Origin: Bifidobacteriaceae bacterium
GTDB taxonomy: Bacteria; Actinomycetota; Actinomycetes; Actinomycetales; WQXJ01
Assembly: GCA_031281585.1 (NCBI GenBank)
Contig: JAITFE010000158.1
Coordinates: 3,477-67,476 of the forward strand
DNA length: 64,000 nt
Direction of reading: 5' to 3'
The notes beneath the pieces were generated by a model that was not told where the DNA came from, did not search any database, and saw nothing but the letters and a program-made list of their open reading frames with translations. Of the stretch, positions 46,101 to 52,137 are shown piece by piece. The first letter of the stretch is position 1; every line of letters starts with the position of its first letter. The position numbers were made by a program, and so were the translations under genes.

Positions 46101-47738
46101 CCGGACCCGTCCCCGAGCCCGACGGCGAGCCCGGAGCCGTCGCCCTCCCCGTCGGAGAGCCCCGTCCCGGAGCCCAGCCCCTCCCCGAGCGTCGTTCAGA
46201 GTCCGTCCCCTAGCCTCTCAGCGAGCGCGTCGGCGAATCCGTCCCCTAGCCCGTCACCGACCTCTGGCCCGGATCCGAGCCCTTCATCCAGCCAGTCGGC
46301 GGACCCGACGCGGGTGCCGGTTTCCGGCCCTGGCTTATCGCGTTTGGAGGCGGGCGGGCCCGGTGCGGCCGATGGCGTTTCGCCGGTGTTCGTGACGGCG
46401 TGGGTCACAAATGGGGACGGTACCTATTTGGCGGGCCGGGACGTGGAGTTTTCGGTTCCCGTCGGTGTCCGGGTTGGTTTGTCCGAGGGCCCGGCGGTGG
46501 TGTCGATTGTGACGGCCGTGGACGGGTCGGCTCGCTTGGCGGTGACCTCTGAGATTCCCGGCGGGTACGGCGTGACAGCTGTGGCCGAGGGTGTGGCGAT
46601 CACGGAAGGCTCCCCGGCTGTGGCGGTGTTCGAGCCGGTGCTCTCCCCGAGCCCTGAGCCGTCGGGCGGCCCGTCTTCGGGCCCCAGTTCCGATCCGTCG
46701 CCAACTGTTCCCGGCAGTCTGGATCCTTCTGCGGGCCCTGATCCGGACCCGAGCGGGTCGCCCCGCCCCAGTCCGTCTTCGGGCCCGCTCCCGTCCTCCG
46801 GGCCTGGCCCCGACCCGTCGCCGAGCGGGTCTGCGGGCCCTGACCCGTCGCTGGGTCCTGACCCGAGTCCGTCGTCTGGCCCCGACCCGTCTTCCAGTCC
46901 CGACCCGTCTTCCAGCCCCCAACCGGGGTTGTCGCCAACACCGTCGTCTGGCCCGGATCCCAGCGCCTCGACTGGTCCTTCGCAGGGCCCTGGTCCCTCT
47001 TCGAGCCCGGACCCTGGTCCCAATCCCAGCTCCGGCCCATCGGCCTCTGCGTCTCCGTCGAATGCGCAGGTCTCGGTCGTGGGGGTGTCTGACGGTTCGC
47101 GGTTGGCGGGCTTCGGGGCGCCGGGCGCTGCGGTGACCGTGTCGCTGGATGGCGTCGTGTTGTGCTCTGTGGCGGTCGGTTCGGATGGCGGCTGGTCATG
47201 CGTGCTCCAGCCCGCCGCCAGGGAGGGTGACGTGCTTCGGGTCGAGCAGGTTTCCACCGCCGGGGACAGCGCTGTGACCTGGCGGGTCGGCGTTCCAAGG
47301 GTAGTGGCGTCTGCGACGGCGGAGCGTGGCTCGGTGCTGGAGCTCGCGGGATTGAATTTCCAGCCGGGCGAGCGGGTTGACGCCGTGGTCCGTTCTGAGC
47401 CGGTGCGAGTCGGCCAGGCCGTGGCTGACGGCGACGGCCGCGTGGCGTTCTCCTGGGAGGTTCCCGGCGACTTCGCGCTGGGCGGCCACCGGTTGGAATT
47501 GGCCGGCGAGATGTCCGGTTTGTACTCGGCTCCGTTCGGCGTGTTAGCGGCCGACGCGGGTTCGCCGCCGTCTTCAGCGCCGCCGCCTTCGCCGCCGTCC
47601 GGCGGCGACCTGCCGGTGACCGGCGCGAACCACGCGGGCACCCGGACGCTGGGAGTGTTGTGCCTGCTGATGGCCGGCGGGGCGGCGCTTCAGCTCCGCC
47701 GCCGACTTCTCTTGGGACCCGCAAACCACAATCATTAG
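34131..47738 (+). CDS. Giant (4,535 aa) LPVTG-anchored multi-catalytic glycoside hydrolase / lectin surface protein
   Basis: Uninterrupted 13.6-kb ORF. GAGG lies 10 nt upstream. Signal peptide (ALLGAGAAVALVVGVGLVANLTASA). Three PslG/GH39-like TIM-barrel modules, two GH5-like modules, two bulb-lectin domains, Big_1-like Ig domains and Pro/Ser linkers. C-terminal LPVTG + hydrophobic stretch + RRRLL. Confidence 0.9.
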   Translation: MSTRWSRAFRAYRALLGAGAAVALVVGVGLVANLTASADENDGDAPNVVLREAEKGTAPFAATVGEPLAWGFQVEPADAAGSLTFTLTRDDGVVTSHPATRAGAGLTVNIPAGTLQPGYYDVAAAFPGASDWTGAVVLVDGLVDQDATRRFGVDAGLTWSEHSLAQIRQEAQWMRVLGLGSVRDRFRLAELEAAGTASCEGEVRCMDNVARVLAEDGGLEVVTVSNSAGYRASVVQPYNLDEAFAQGKMLATKMWPHVTSIEVANEPVLSQFFSGHPYQYASVLKFFAAGVKSVHPEMRVLTGSYTPMNTEGYRLKDRTGALYEQEVLGNNTADSFDTRNEHWYPSSPHPNVGWFDVDKLAGGTPQVDVGTKRAIDQAGGVGDKPVWITELADSYKPTAGGFDLAAEEKKAAERVVQSYAAAFAGGAERVYAFYWQTLLEQCPQTSNTDVCAAVWGLTRNEKSDTYRDGRSQVLSPRPALAATAALIRHVQDKQVVKVETTQGAGFYTGTTVYFADQTAVTWDGSKTLASFGPDATAKNMYGRAVDALAPARTAFESYSPFLVSGVTLDGNSVPVTAPGSGGEASAQISEGAQFRLGSGGVKINGQDPPPRTAYKNPVPEPQGIDHEVDREAVLGVKAGDVLTLDVQARAGADNLDVSGDPDIRFACQAGPGIEVDQTASAAISGGYRCQFNVVGDVPGHVQTYADGIYTWSVPGFVSATAAWDGLEDRVRVGLTGRAAGEFKIAGSAYLGQTVGVQTDIEGIAHYRWYDLETSDSQWIGEGPEYAVTAKDLRNGGLEGRRITVVAYEAVGRALAQDWVQVTHSRLKGWIAAADLTSPEPGKVRIAQAWAFDWQALAGVSRMVATVGATCENADLSQRYGFSSPYAANNSTWKVAGEWYPNVVGGAYYFTNLTIPVAQRGEQAVHLYAVPSDWGGTCDGLVEFDGGGKAKVLDLGAVQVADVLANCANSAGGGDQLVVRVPAAESAGAWVCPLPDGQQAVTISAMVDSTLEWAEGSLDVRFFDANGDELNVRGAAGGREAKLSAKMAQVGSVHRYRVGSWFGQFDSLRLDESVLVPQDAATVRLSATVKSEAQTPREGTLTLSDVAVRPGVVLDPVGETFGSQSYSFEQTLFRRGEASPSWSFEPVPAVSGTLEFQVKDLAGEEVAARTVTRTAASGDSPIRVQGGGLDQLGVGYYTVAARFRGAGGEWGVWDSSFAVLPAAEPVVDQRFGVDAQLSFRSSPAEVSRRSAAMLAELGVGSARDRMAWGEAQPDCADWSEPGGGRAKLVNAELKAVGVEDVQLFESSPACARPGANQDATAAPTDYDAAYSYGRAYAEWALANGQRSVEVWNEPNATAFFRGYAYQYASFLKAFAAGVKSVALKPGQDPVRVVMGGSADYPGLFMEEVYANNAAPYFDVRNQHFYRGNPFNSGEPTDLVEFRLADPSAMTNPWPAMSASIAQVEAAAGVAAKPGWLTETGYAVNRDAAGSFAADELKQAEYLVKSYAQGFAAGYERVFEFAWQEHNEPDHGSFGIVRKDLSPRPAALALAVLTDHLAGAKVAATVTHGEGGRTVYFQRADGAYAAVTWGGGANLPADAVVADVFGRAASVAAATRTGAAPYLVTGIAQLPGGVESVSTPTAAPAAAVPAAHLEVAGVTVGGAAPPVPQSGSTRNAEVTAGVGDEVTVAARAWTAQRDDASGLVQVACEAGPGLEVLGQASPTAVAGVFTCRFRAGLATGQSGYAVVKTASGGGDLVRVALRGGPPAGSFAQLGHVFAPGDQLRSPDGGTVFTWLENGKLELRQDGRETWRADTDGATRLVFSNGGNLVLYNADGTVRWATHGGDAQVAWLAVLDDGSLALLADSGEVRWRLGPVTVTIAAANGTPEAGSADAAAPSTVAPGTTLAAVGGHPSATANTQTQLLWRWYRNDSVIDGATAATYTVTQDDLGKRLSAMAVTFWPNHYAAYARSADMTVAAAAPVASGLNKGVNLAQWFQPTDVDGDGGVEWPFLNPPGDPYPYAEADFDVLKNLGVDHVRLPVSFDQLAPAGDDYQIDSRLWGPLDGAIKWANDRGIKVVIDYHPVNAPPFTELAEGLPAIWRQVAEHYKGYPAHSVYYEILNEPDRGIAATAADWGALQEAAVAEIRQVDQTHTVVVTHVLSESGNLVNLADALPRYEDKYPGPFVYTFHFYTPALFTHQGLRGWTQQIEMPFPLDPEAEWPATAPAGVTEADKALWATYPENASVEYLTAMMDAVVQFARDRNVPVWCGEYGLYWAAPEDDALTWLRTVTELLEERNIGRAVWDYTYGFGIFDWKTRTHDPDKLNLKALDAIGFNPPSTWPKSEPPVSGPGLTRLEVSNSTVTAYVTDGDGAVLPGREVAFSIPHGVTAGLTSGPAFVSVTTDAQGAAVLALSGAPGWYSVSAVVDGVTITEGSPARVVFGPVEAVWPEPGGDPAPLDSGLHKGVSLHHWFQGVDLTGDGVPDWPFLDEQSHLNRYTEADFDTMRKLGIDHVRIAVDFNGMSSAENGYELDSRLLPALDRAIGWAFARGIKVVIDYHPKTTIEFTDLTDGLAPIWEQVAEHYGDYTAYPTDMLYFEVLNEPVPPQGSASRASTKLWGEAQEDAVRAIRGKDKLHPIIVGHVAGNSTFLFDVQQWTQDVEVLPRYEDLYTDDGPIIYTFHFYEPGIFTMQGTPATSAGVLAGMGIPFPWDPARWPEEEPQGLSVYGHDDWTRYAEKGTVAYLAKRLDTVALFANMRGVPVYAGEYGVYGGEAPRADRLTWLSSMTKLLEERNLGRAVWSYNGAFGLFADFKGGVHDPALLDSEVVAAVGLNPPESWPAALDLEAIRLSFQGSSGVVDPASGVHAASVAVTDVAGLPRGDVEVSFELSPAASAFFVDPATGGRLDANPLAMASSALGVAAVAVSADASATVHLIVRIGSDVVGEADFSFEAAPGPSPSASASPEPSPEPSPDPSPSPSASPSPSPSQSPEPLVCAGPVGELTASASEPSQAVTSAAVVCPVDGLAAVRLNARLGGDLSRLRGEVVVTFKNAQGATVGSKVFGPWIHSFAGLDWSDTLPVPAGAASVSVAARATAASSGAISGTWRVAAVEALPSTHVAPAGDQPVAITAGESATWAFNVTPASARGPLEVVLTDVDGVEAYRASAVRAADGSTAVTVPAVAQGYYDVTATFTASDDAVARGSWTSSLTAVPAGEVPQEARFGLDAGLSWPNAAAYRDGRSASMIAKAGVGSVRDRLRWADVYDCQTWNTQGRYLGNSAVRTYGAVAEDFVDNGLAVVHVFQDAPACARPGGAAEPNIPLDYAQVYKFGQEYARNLGPLVEAVEYWNEQAGSFFNGRPFEYASGLKAFTAGVKSVRPEIRVLIGSSGPVGRYETETYANAVTNDFDTRNHHFYGYASGGNTGLTEFAAQNKTQEATTAAGLGAPAAGLTDKSLWLTETGVDIHADAAGSERPSEKLQAERLAQTYAEGFAAGYERVFVFYWQELLEGNSYLWGITRDDLSPRPAYYSLSLVTRHLAGMSAAKIETHGSGKTVYFTCDNPEAKGATCSQGEVRAVTWGGGVTLPASAQVMDVFGRVVPAAQASAEGAGTYLVGGLTAVPAGAAPVTVPQSPVATGPAPLRLQVQRIVGDGRITTLTGATAHYDFLVSTGSVIDMVLAARDAADSDVSASTTVTCGYHTGFTILSDVNPQPVDGEFVCRYRVDLPWATGGWSRIWAQAARGEGAAQTTDQAAAWIVAGPPEGAFWAPGRTLAPGDAITSPNGRVKVVWEADGRLVEYYDGAEVRATPTAGAAKAVFQADNDFVITDQAGAVLWRTGSVGDWTGVFTVNDQGQVAVERFNRTLEWEWLPALEPPGELPVSGPGLSRLEAAAGSATPADGVTTRSVTAHVTNGSGAPLAGRDVSFSIPFGVRAGSSPGPAVILVATDATGAAVLALTSDAAGSYPVTARVNGVAITEGSPAVVAFAQPLDPSPSPTASPTPDPSPSPTASPEPSPSPSESPVPEPSPSPSVVQSPSPSLSASASANPSPSPSPTSGPDPSPSSSQSADPTRVPVSGPGLSRLEAGGPGAADGVSPVFVTAWVTNGDGTYLAGRDVEFSVPVGVRVGLSEGPAVVSIVTAVDGSARLAVTSEIPGGYGVTAVAEGVAITEGSPAVAVFEPVLSPSPEPSGGPSSGPSSDPSPTVPGSLDPSAGPDPDPSGSPRPSPSSGPLPSSGPGPDPSPSGSAGPDPSLGPDPSPSSGPDPSSSPDPSSSPQPGLSPTPSSGPDPSASTGPSQGPGPSSSPDPGPNPSSGPSASASPSNAQVSVVGVSDGSRLAGFGAPGAAVTVSLDGVVLCSVAVGSDGGWSCVLQPAAREGDVLRVEQVSTAGDSAVTWRVGVPRVVASATAERGSVLELAGLNFQPGERVDAVVRSEPVRVGQAVADGDGRVAFSWEVPGDFALGGHRLELAGEMSGLYSAPFGVLAADAGSPPSSAPPPSPPSGGDLPVTGANHAGTRTLGVLCLLMAGGAALQLRRRLLLGPANHNH
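34575..35600 (+). other. Domain: clan GH-A barrel module 1 (PslG/GH39-like)
   Basis: RRFGVDAGLTW...GSVRDR...IEVANEP (Glu codon 34926-34928)...VWITELADS (Glu 35298-35300)...LSPRPALAA. Confidence 0.6.
37811..38795 (+). other. Domain: clan GH-A barrel module 2 (PslG/GH39-like)
   Basis: QRFGVDAQLSF...GSARDR...VEVWNEPN (Glu 38184-38186)...GWLTETGYA (Glu 38559-38561)...LSPRPAALA. Confidence 0.65.
39435..39743 (+). other. Domain: bulb-type (B_lectin-like) lectin 1
   Basis: LRSPDGGTVFTWLENGKLELRQDG...LVFSNGGNLVLYNADGTVRW...LDDGSLALLADSGEVRW shows the three-fold GNLVLY-type repeat pattern. Confidence 0.6.
40074..41150 (+). other. Domain: GH5-like (cellulase family) module 1
   Basis: GLNKGVNLAQWFQ...GVDHVRLPV...YYEILNEPD (Glu 40485-40487)...FHFYTP...VWCGEYG (Glu 40929-40931). 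Confidence 0.7.
41496..42640 (+). other. Domain: GH5-like (cellulase family) module 2
   Basis: GLHKGVSLHHWFQ...GIDHVRIAV...YFEVLNEPV (Glu 41919-41921)...FHFYEP...VYAGEYG (Glu 42408-42410). Confidence 0.7.
43771..44720 (+). other. Domain: clan GH-A barrel module 3 (PslG/GH39-like, NEQ variant)
   Basis: ARFGLDAGLSW...GSVRDR...VEYWNEQ (Glu 44154-44156)...LWLTETGVD (Glu 44481-44483)...LSPRPAYYS. Confidence 0.6.
45396..45704 (+). other. Domain: bulb-type lectin 2 (more degenerate)
   Basis: ITSPNGRVKVVWEADGRLVEYYDG...FQADNDFVITDQAGAVLW...VNDQGQVAVERFNRTLEW. Confidence 0.5.
47610..47738 (+). other. Cell-wall sorting signal
   Basis: LPVTG (47610-47624), then GANHAGTRTLGVLCLLMAGGAALQL and a RRRLL basic tail. 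Confidence 0.85.
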
Positions 47739-48312
47739 ACCCCAACCGACATTTAACCAGCCAAGGGGCGAAGGGAAACAGCCAAGGGCAATTGGCGAAC
47801 TGCGTGGCCGCTGCGGGGTTGAAGTGCTATCCCGAAGAACCTGATTCCGGCCCCGCCGGACCCCAGCCAATCGGTGCGACTTTCACGAGTCTCGCGTTGC
47901 CGCTGTTGTCCGGCGATCGTCGTCAGGTCGAACGCCGGGGCCATGGTCTGACCGCTCCGTCCAGTGGTGAAGAGACACCTGTGTCCGGCGCGAATGCCGG
48001 GTATGCCGATTCGCTTGGTGAGCAAGCCCGCGCCGAATACGACAGAGCTGTTTATGGCCATGACTACGGTCCGGGCAGCGAAGGACCCGGAGGTTGCTCG
48101 GGGGAAGTAGCCGCCAAGCACCCCGAGCCGACGCGGGGCCCAAACCGACTATTTCAGCCGCCTGCTGGCCAGGCGAATCGTGATCGAGCAAGCTTTCGGC
48201 GACGCCCACAGGGCGGACCTCGACGGGATGCTTGCCGCCGCGGATGCCGTCGGTTTGAACTGAGCCGGCCCCGTCGGCGTGGGGGAACCGCACGAGCCGG
48301 TCCGAAACCTGG

Positions 48313-49425
48313 TCACGCGGCCGCGTAGGCCTTCATTTTCTCAAGGTCCGGTTTGTGGGCGTCGACGAAGTCCTGCTCCCAAGACAGATACTCCTCGAGG
48401 AAGACCGCTTCGTAGTCCGTGGCTTGGCGGCAGTCGAAGTCCGCCACGGCGATGCGCCGTTCCCCGTCGGTGCCCAGGAGGCTGCGCTCGTCGGCGGGCG
48501 TCTCCTCCTCGCTGGCGTAATGAGTCCACGAGTTGCCCAGCGAACCGTCGGGCTTGGTCCTCAACGCCATCACGAAGGACGCCCACGGCGTGGCTTCCTC
48601 CGCGGAATGCATGTTGCCGCCGGCTATGTCGAAGCCCGCGTCCAGCATGCAACTCCGGTACTCGCTCACGAGCGCCTGCATCTTGGCGTCTTTGACGAAT
48701 GACATTTCGTTGACGGCCAGCAGCAGGTCCCCGAATTCCTGCCAAAAGGCGTCGTAGCCCGCGTTTCCGGCATCAACGGACATGTCGATGGAGGCCGCTT
48801 GTTGGCCGACCAAAGAGCAGGCGACAGGCGTGTCTGCCTGGTCTTGCGCGTAGGGATCGGGGCCGGTCAGGGCCAAGTCGAACGCTTCCTTTCCCGCGTC
48901 ATTCAGGGCTTCGCGGTAGGGCTGCTTCGGCGGATCCTCGCCCGAGTCGCCGTAATCCTCCGCGGCGAGCTTGCCATAACCTCTTGCCGCCACCTCTTCA
49001 CGGGTGTCAGGCAGCCAGGGCAGAGGCAATTCATCCACCGAAGGGAAGACCATCGGCTGGGGAACCGGCTCCCACGGTTCAGGCTGATAGTCGAATCCGC
49101 GCTCCTTCATGCACTGGGCGATCGCCTGTTCGGCGGCATCGTGATTCCGCGCGTAAAGCGCCTGCTGCGCCGCATAGCTGCCCTCGGGCCCGTTGGCGTA
49201 GGGCAAGTACTCGCCGAGCGGCGTCTCGGTGTCAAGCGGGATGCCGAGCCGGGCGGCCTCGGCGGCCGTTGGCGCCCCTGTTGCCGGGGTATCTTGAGTG
49301 GCGTCGTGCAGCGGAGTTGGGGAAGCGGGGAAGCCTCCCCCGTGGCACCCGGCGAGCACAAGGCTTGCGGCGAGGGTGCCGCTGCTCAGCGGCAACCAGC
49401 ACCGAACGGTTCGTCGGCGGATCAT
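48313..49425 (-). CDS. Hypothetical secreted lipoprotein (370 aa)
   Basis: ATG 49425 gives MIRRRTVRCWLPLSSGTLAASLVLAGC (signal + lipobox LAGC), with GAAGG upstream. The 5' 276 codons of track ORF 48313..50253 have Arg/Pro-rich non-coding-like composition. Confidence 0.65.
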   Translation of the reverse strand: MIRRRTVRCWLPLSSGTLAASLVLAGCHGGGFPASPTPLHDATQDTPATGAPTAAEAARLGIPLDTETPLGEYLPYANGPEGSYAAQQALYARNHDAAEQAIAQCMKERGFDYQPEPWEPVPQPMVFPSVDELPLPWLPDTREEVAARGYGKLAAEDYGDSGEDPPKQPYREALNDAGKEAFDLALTGPDPYAQDQADTPVACSLVGQQAASIDMSVDAGNAGYDAFWQEFGDLLLAVNEMSFVKDAKMQALVSEYRSCMLDAGFDIAGGNMHSAEEATPWASFVMALRTKPDGSLGNSWTHYASEEETPADERSLLGTDGERRIAVADFDCRQATDYEAVFLEEYLSWEQDFVDAHKPDLEKMKAYAAA

Positions 49426-50009
49426 AGTTCTACCTTCAAGCTTCCGGATGTCACCCGGCCCGATCCGACAACCGCGTGTGCCAGGGCGGGGTGTCTTGCT
49501 AGCGGCTCGACTCCTGGAGGCATCGTACCGGTCGTCGCCGGCCGTCCTGGTTCGGGGACTGAGCGCTTCCGGGGCGACCACCCTCCCCCCGTTCGCGATC
49601 GGATCTTGGATCGCCTGAGCCACGGCCATGTCGGTCAGGTGGCCAAGATCAAGGCGTTCGGCCCGGCGAAGAAACGTCAACACTTCGTCGTTCAGCAGGG
49701 CGTCGATGCCGTTGGGCGGTCTGGCAGCGGAGCAGGCGACGTCAAGACCCTTGTGGGAAGGCGTGCGTGCGGGCGCTTCACGGGCCGTTTGCCAAGCCCG
49801 CCCGAAGGCCTGCGTCTGCCGTTCTCGGCCGCCAGCGCGGGCGGGGTGACGGTGAACGCGAGGGCGAATGGGTTCATGGGGACGGCTCTTGGTGCGACTG
49901 CGGCTTTCCACGGCAATCCATGTCGATCGACGCCTATCTCCGCCGCAACATGGGTAGCGGGGGCCGACGCCCGCACGTCCCAGCGCCGCACGCCGAGGGA
50001 TTGGCTCAA

Positions 50010-50025
50010 ATACCCCCAGGGGTAT
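50010..50025. promoter_or_regulatory. CsoR-family operator-like palindrome ATACCCC-CA-GGGGTAT
   Basis: Perfect 7-2-7 inverted repeat ending 11 nt before ATG 50037. GC-tract palindromes flanked by TA are the known operator type of CsoR/CstR repressors, and a CsoR-family gene follows in the same operon. Confidence 0.6.
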
Positions 50026-50036
50026 ATGGTTGTAGC

Positions 50037-51743
50037 ATGCGGAGCCCGAGGATCGTTGTGGTTGGCGGCGTTGCCGGCGGAATGGCTGCGGCGGCGCGGC
50101 TGCGGCGGCTGGATGAGTCTGCACGGGTGACCGTGCTCGAAAGGGGCCGGCACGTTTCCTTCGCGGGCTGTGGGCTGCCGTATTACCTGGGCGGCGAGGT
50201 CCCGGATCAAGAGAGCCTGTTGCTGCACACGCCAGAGTCTCTGGAAGCGGCACTCGCGCTGGATGTGCGTGTGGGACATGAGGTCCTGGGGTTGAATCCG
50301 GAGGATCAGACGGCGCGCGTCCGGGCGGGCGCTCAAGAGTTCGACCTGCCCTACGACGAACTCATCCTGGCCCCGGGCGCCACGCCGATCCTCCCGCCCG
50401 GCGACGGGCTGAAGAACCCGCGGAATCCGCGCGTGCGCGCCCTGCGCACAATCGAAGACGCCGCCGTCCTGCGCGCGCTGGCCCAAGGCGCGGCCAGCGG
50501 CGCAAACAGGGCAGTTGTCTTGGGAGCGGGGTTCATTGGGCTTGAGGCCGCAGAGGCGCTGCGGTCGCGCGGCTTGAATGTCACGCTGGTGGAACTGGCC
50601 AACCAGGTTCTACCGCCTCTCGAACCGGAGTTGGCGTGGCTGGTCGGCGACGAATTGCGCCGGTTGGGCGTGGACGTCCGCACCGGCGTCAAGGCTGAGA
50701 AGGTGTCCGATGCCGTCCGGCACAGCGCCGTTCACCTGTCCAGTGGCGAGGTGGTGGACGCCGACATGGTCCTCCTGAGCGTTGGCGCCAAACCGGACAC
50801 CGCCCCCTTCGAGGCTGCGGGTGTGGTGTCCGAGCGCGGCGCGATCCTGGTCGATCACCACGGCCGGACCAACCTGCCGCACGTTTGGGCGGTCGGGGAC
50901 GCCACCCTCAGCACCGATGCCGTCACGGGCACCCGGAAGCCCGTCGCCTTGGCCGGGCCCGCAGTTCGCGCGGGCCGCTTGGTTGCTGACGCGATTGGGG
51001 CGCCGGGGGCGCGGGCCATCCCCAGGCCGTTGGGCACGGCCATAGTGCGGGTCGGCGGTTTGACGGCCGCGATGACCGGCGCGAACCGCGCCGCCTTGCG
51101 CGCCGCCGGGCGGGAGTTCGCCACCGTGCACGTTCACGCGGCGCAACACGTCGAATGGCTGCCCGGAGCCCAGCGCCTGCACCTGGTGGCCCACTTCGAC
51201 CCGGCCACGGGAGCTCTCTTGGGAGCGCAGGCGGTCGGCCCCGTCGGCGTGGACAAGCGGATCGACGTGATCGCCACGGCGATTCGGGCGGGAATGACCG
51301 CCCCCGACTTGATGGACTTGGACCTGTGCTATTCGCCGCCGTACGGCGCTCCACGTGACCCGGTGACAATGGTGGGATTGGTTGCTGACAACGTGGTCAC
51401 CGGCCAGACCCGGCTCTGGCAGTCCGACGAATTGGATTGGGCGACCAACCAGGCCCTGCTGCTTGACGTGCGCTCACCGGATGAGTTCGCGGCCGGGCAC
51501 CTTGCGGGCGCGGTCAACGTTCCGCACACTGCTCTGCGCGGGCGCCTGGCTGAAGTACGCGAACTGGCCGGTGGGCGTCAGATAGCCGTTTTGTGCGAAT
51601 CTGGCGTCCGCAGCTACACCGCCCACCGCATTCTGACCGCCGCCGGGCTCGAATCACGCACGCTGTCCGGCGGCATGGCGACGCTGCGCGCCTGGCTGGG
51701 GGACTCGGTCTCCGACCTGGTGAACTGCGGGGCAGAACCATGA
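50037..51743 (+). CDS. CoA-disulfide reductase / NADH-dependent persulfide reductase with C-terminal rhodanese domain
   Basis: IVVVGGVAGG FAD motif and redox Cys in VSFAGCGLPYY (CoADR-type). Second Rossmann VVLGAGFIGLE. C-terminal rhodanese with active-site CESGVRS. Confidence 0.9.
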   Translation: MRSPRIVVVGGVAGGMAAAARLRRLDESARVTVLERGRHVSFAGCGLPYYLGGEVPDQESLLLHTPESLEAALALDVRVGHEVLGLNPEDQTARVRAGAQEFDLPYDELILAPGATPILPPGDGLKNPRNPRVRALRTIEDAAVLRALAQGAASGANRAVVLGAGFIGLEAAEALRSRGLNVTLVELANQVLPPLEPELAWLVGDELRRLGVDVRTGVKAEKVSDAVRHSAVHLSSGEVVDADMVLLSVGAKPDTAPFEAAGVVSERGAILVDHHGRTNLPHVWAVGDATLSTDAVTGTRKPVALAGPAVRAGRLVADAIGAPGARAIPRPLGTAIVRVGGLTAAMTGANRAALRAAGREFATVHVHAAQHVEWLPGAQRLHLVAHFDPATGALLGAQAVGPVGVDKRIDVIATAIRAGMTAPDLMDLDLCYSPPYGAPRDPVTMVGLVADNVVTGQTRLWQSDELDWATNQALLLDVRSPDEFAAGHLAGAVNVPHTALRGRLAEVRELAGGRQIAVLCESGVRSYTAHRILTAAGLESRTLSGGMATLRAWLGDSVSDLVNCGAEP

Positions 51744-51780
51744 CCGAACCCTGCGCGAAACGCTCGACTGGAGGAAAACC

Positions 51781-52137
51781 ATGACCGAAACCCCCGCCGA
51801 TCAATCAGTCGCGGCCCAGGAGCCGGCCGCCGTCCGGCGTCAAGTGCTGAACCGGTTGAACCGCGCCCAGGGCCAGTTGGGCGCGGTGATCAGAGCGGTC
51901 GAGGCCGGCACGGATTGCCGGGCGGTCATCACGCAGCTGGCGGCGGTGTCCGCCGCGGTGGACCGTGCCGGCTTCGCCATAGTGGCCTCCGGCTTGAAAC
52001 GCTGTTTCAGCCGCGATGCGGGCGCGGGGACCTCCCCGGATCCCGCCGCCGCCCAGGCTGCTGGCCCGCCCGGCCTGGACGCTGACGCGGGCATGACCGT
52101 CCAGGATTACGAGAAACTCTTCATGATGCTCGCCTGA
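51781..52137 (+). CDS. CsoR/RcnR-family repressor, His-less (CstR-like)
   Basis: VLNRLNRAQGQLGAVIRAVE...DCRAVITQLAAV...ASGLKRC. Both Cys are present, but the His of the CsoR C-H-C triad aligns with Gly. Confidence 0.85.
   Translation: MTETPADQSVAAQEPAAVRRQVLNRLNRAQGQLGAVIRAVEAGTDCRAVITQLAAVSAAVDRAGFAIVASGLKRCFSRDAGAGTSPDPAAAQAAGPPGLDADAGMTVQDYEKLFMMLA

Noticed and set aside
34337-47745. Many ORFs of 100-800 aa in other frames or strands inside the giant gene. Examples are 34518..36905(-), 37773..39080(-), 39264..41078(-), 41640..43076(-), 44471..46213(+), 46424..47641(-) and 46600..47745(-).
   Set aside because: All are nested within one continuous, domain-rich 13.6-kb reading frame. Their translations are low-complexity (R/G/P/D), and in the linker regions they simply mirror the Pro/Ser repeats.
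47900-48262. Possible transposase remnant. The frame contains ...DYFSRLLARRIVIEQAFGDAHR..., vaguely like the Y-x2-R...IE-x2-F motif of IS5/IS4-type DDE transposases.
   Set aside because: The open stretch is only about 45 codons and is bounded by a stop. The spacing does not fit the motif I remember, and no inverted repeats were found. Evidence is insufficient, and a BLASTX search would settle it.
49426-50253. The upstream 276 codons of the 646-aa track ORF 48313..50253(-). The 264-aa ORF 49692..50486(-) overlaps the same region.
   Set aside because: The composition is Arg/Pro-rich. An internal ATG at 49425 gives a textbook signal peptide and lipobox with an SD. The region also overlaps the CsoR-type operator and the start of the CoADR gene on the other strand. 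A short protein-like stretch (GIDALLNDEVLTFLRRAERLDLGHLTDMAVAQ, about 49.6-49.7 kb) could be a gene remnant, but I cannot support it.
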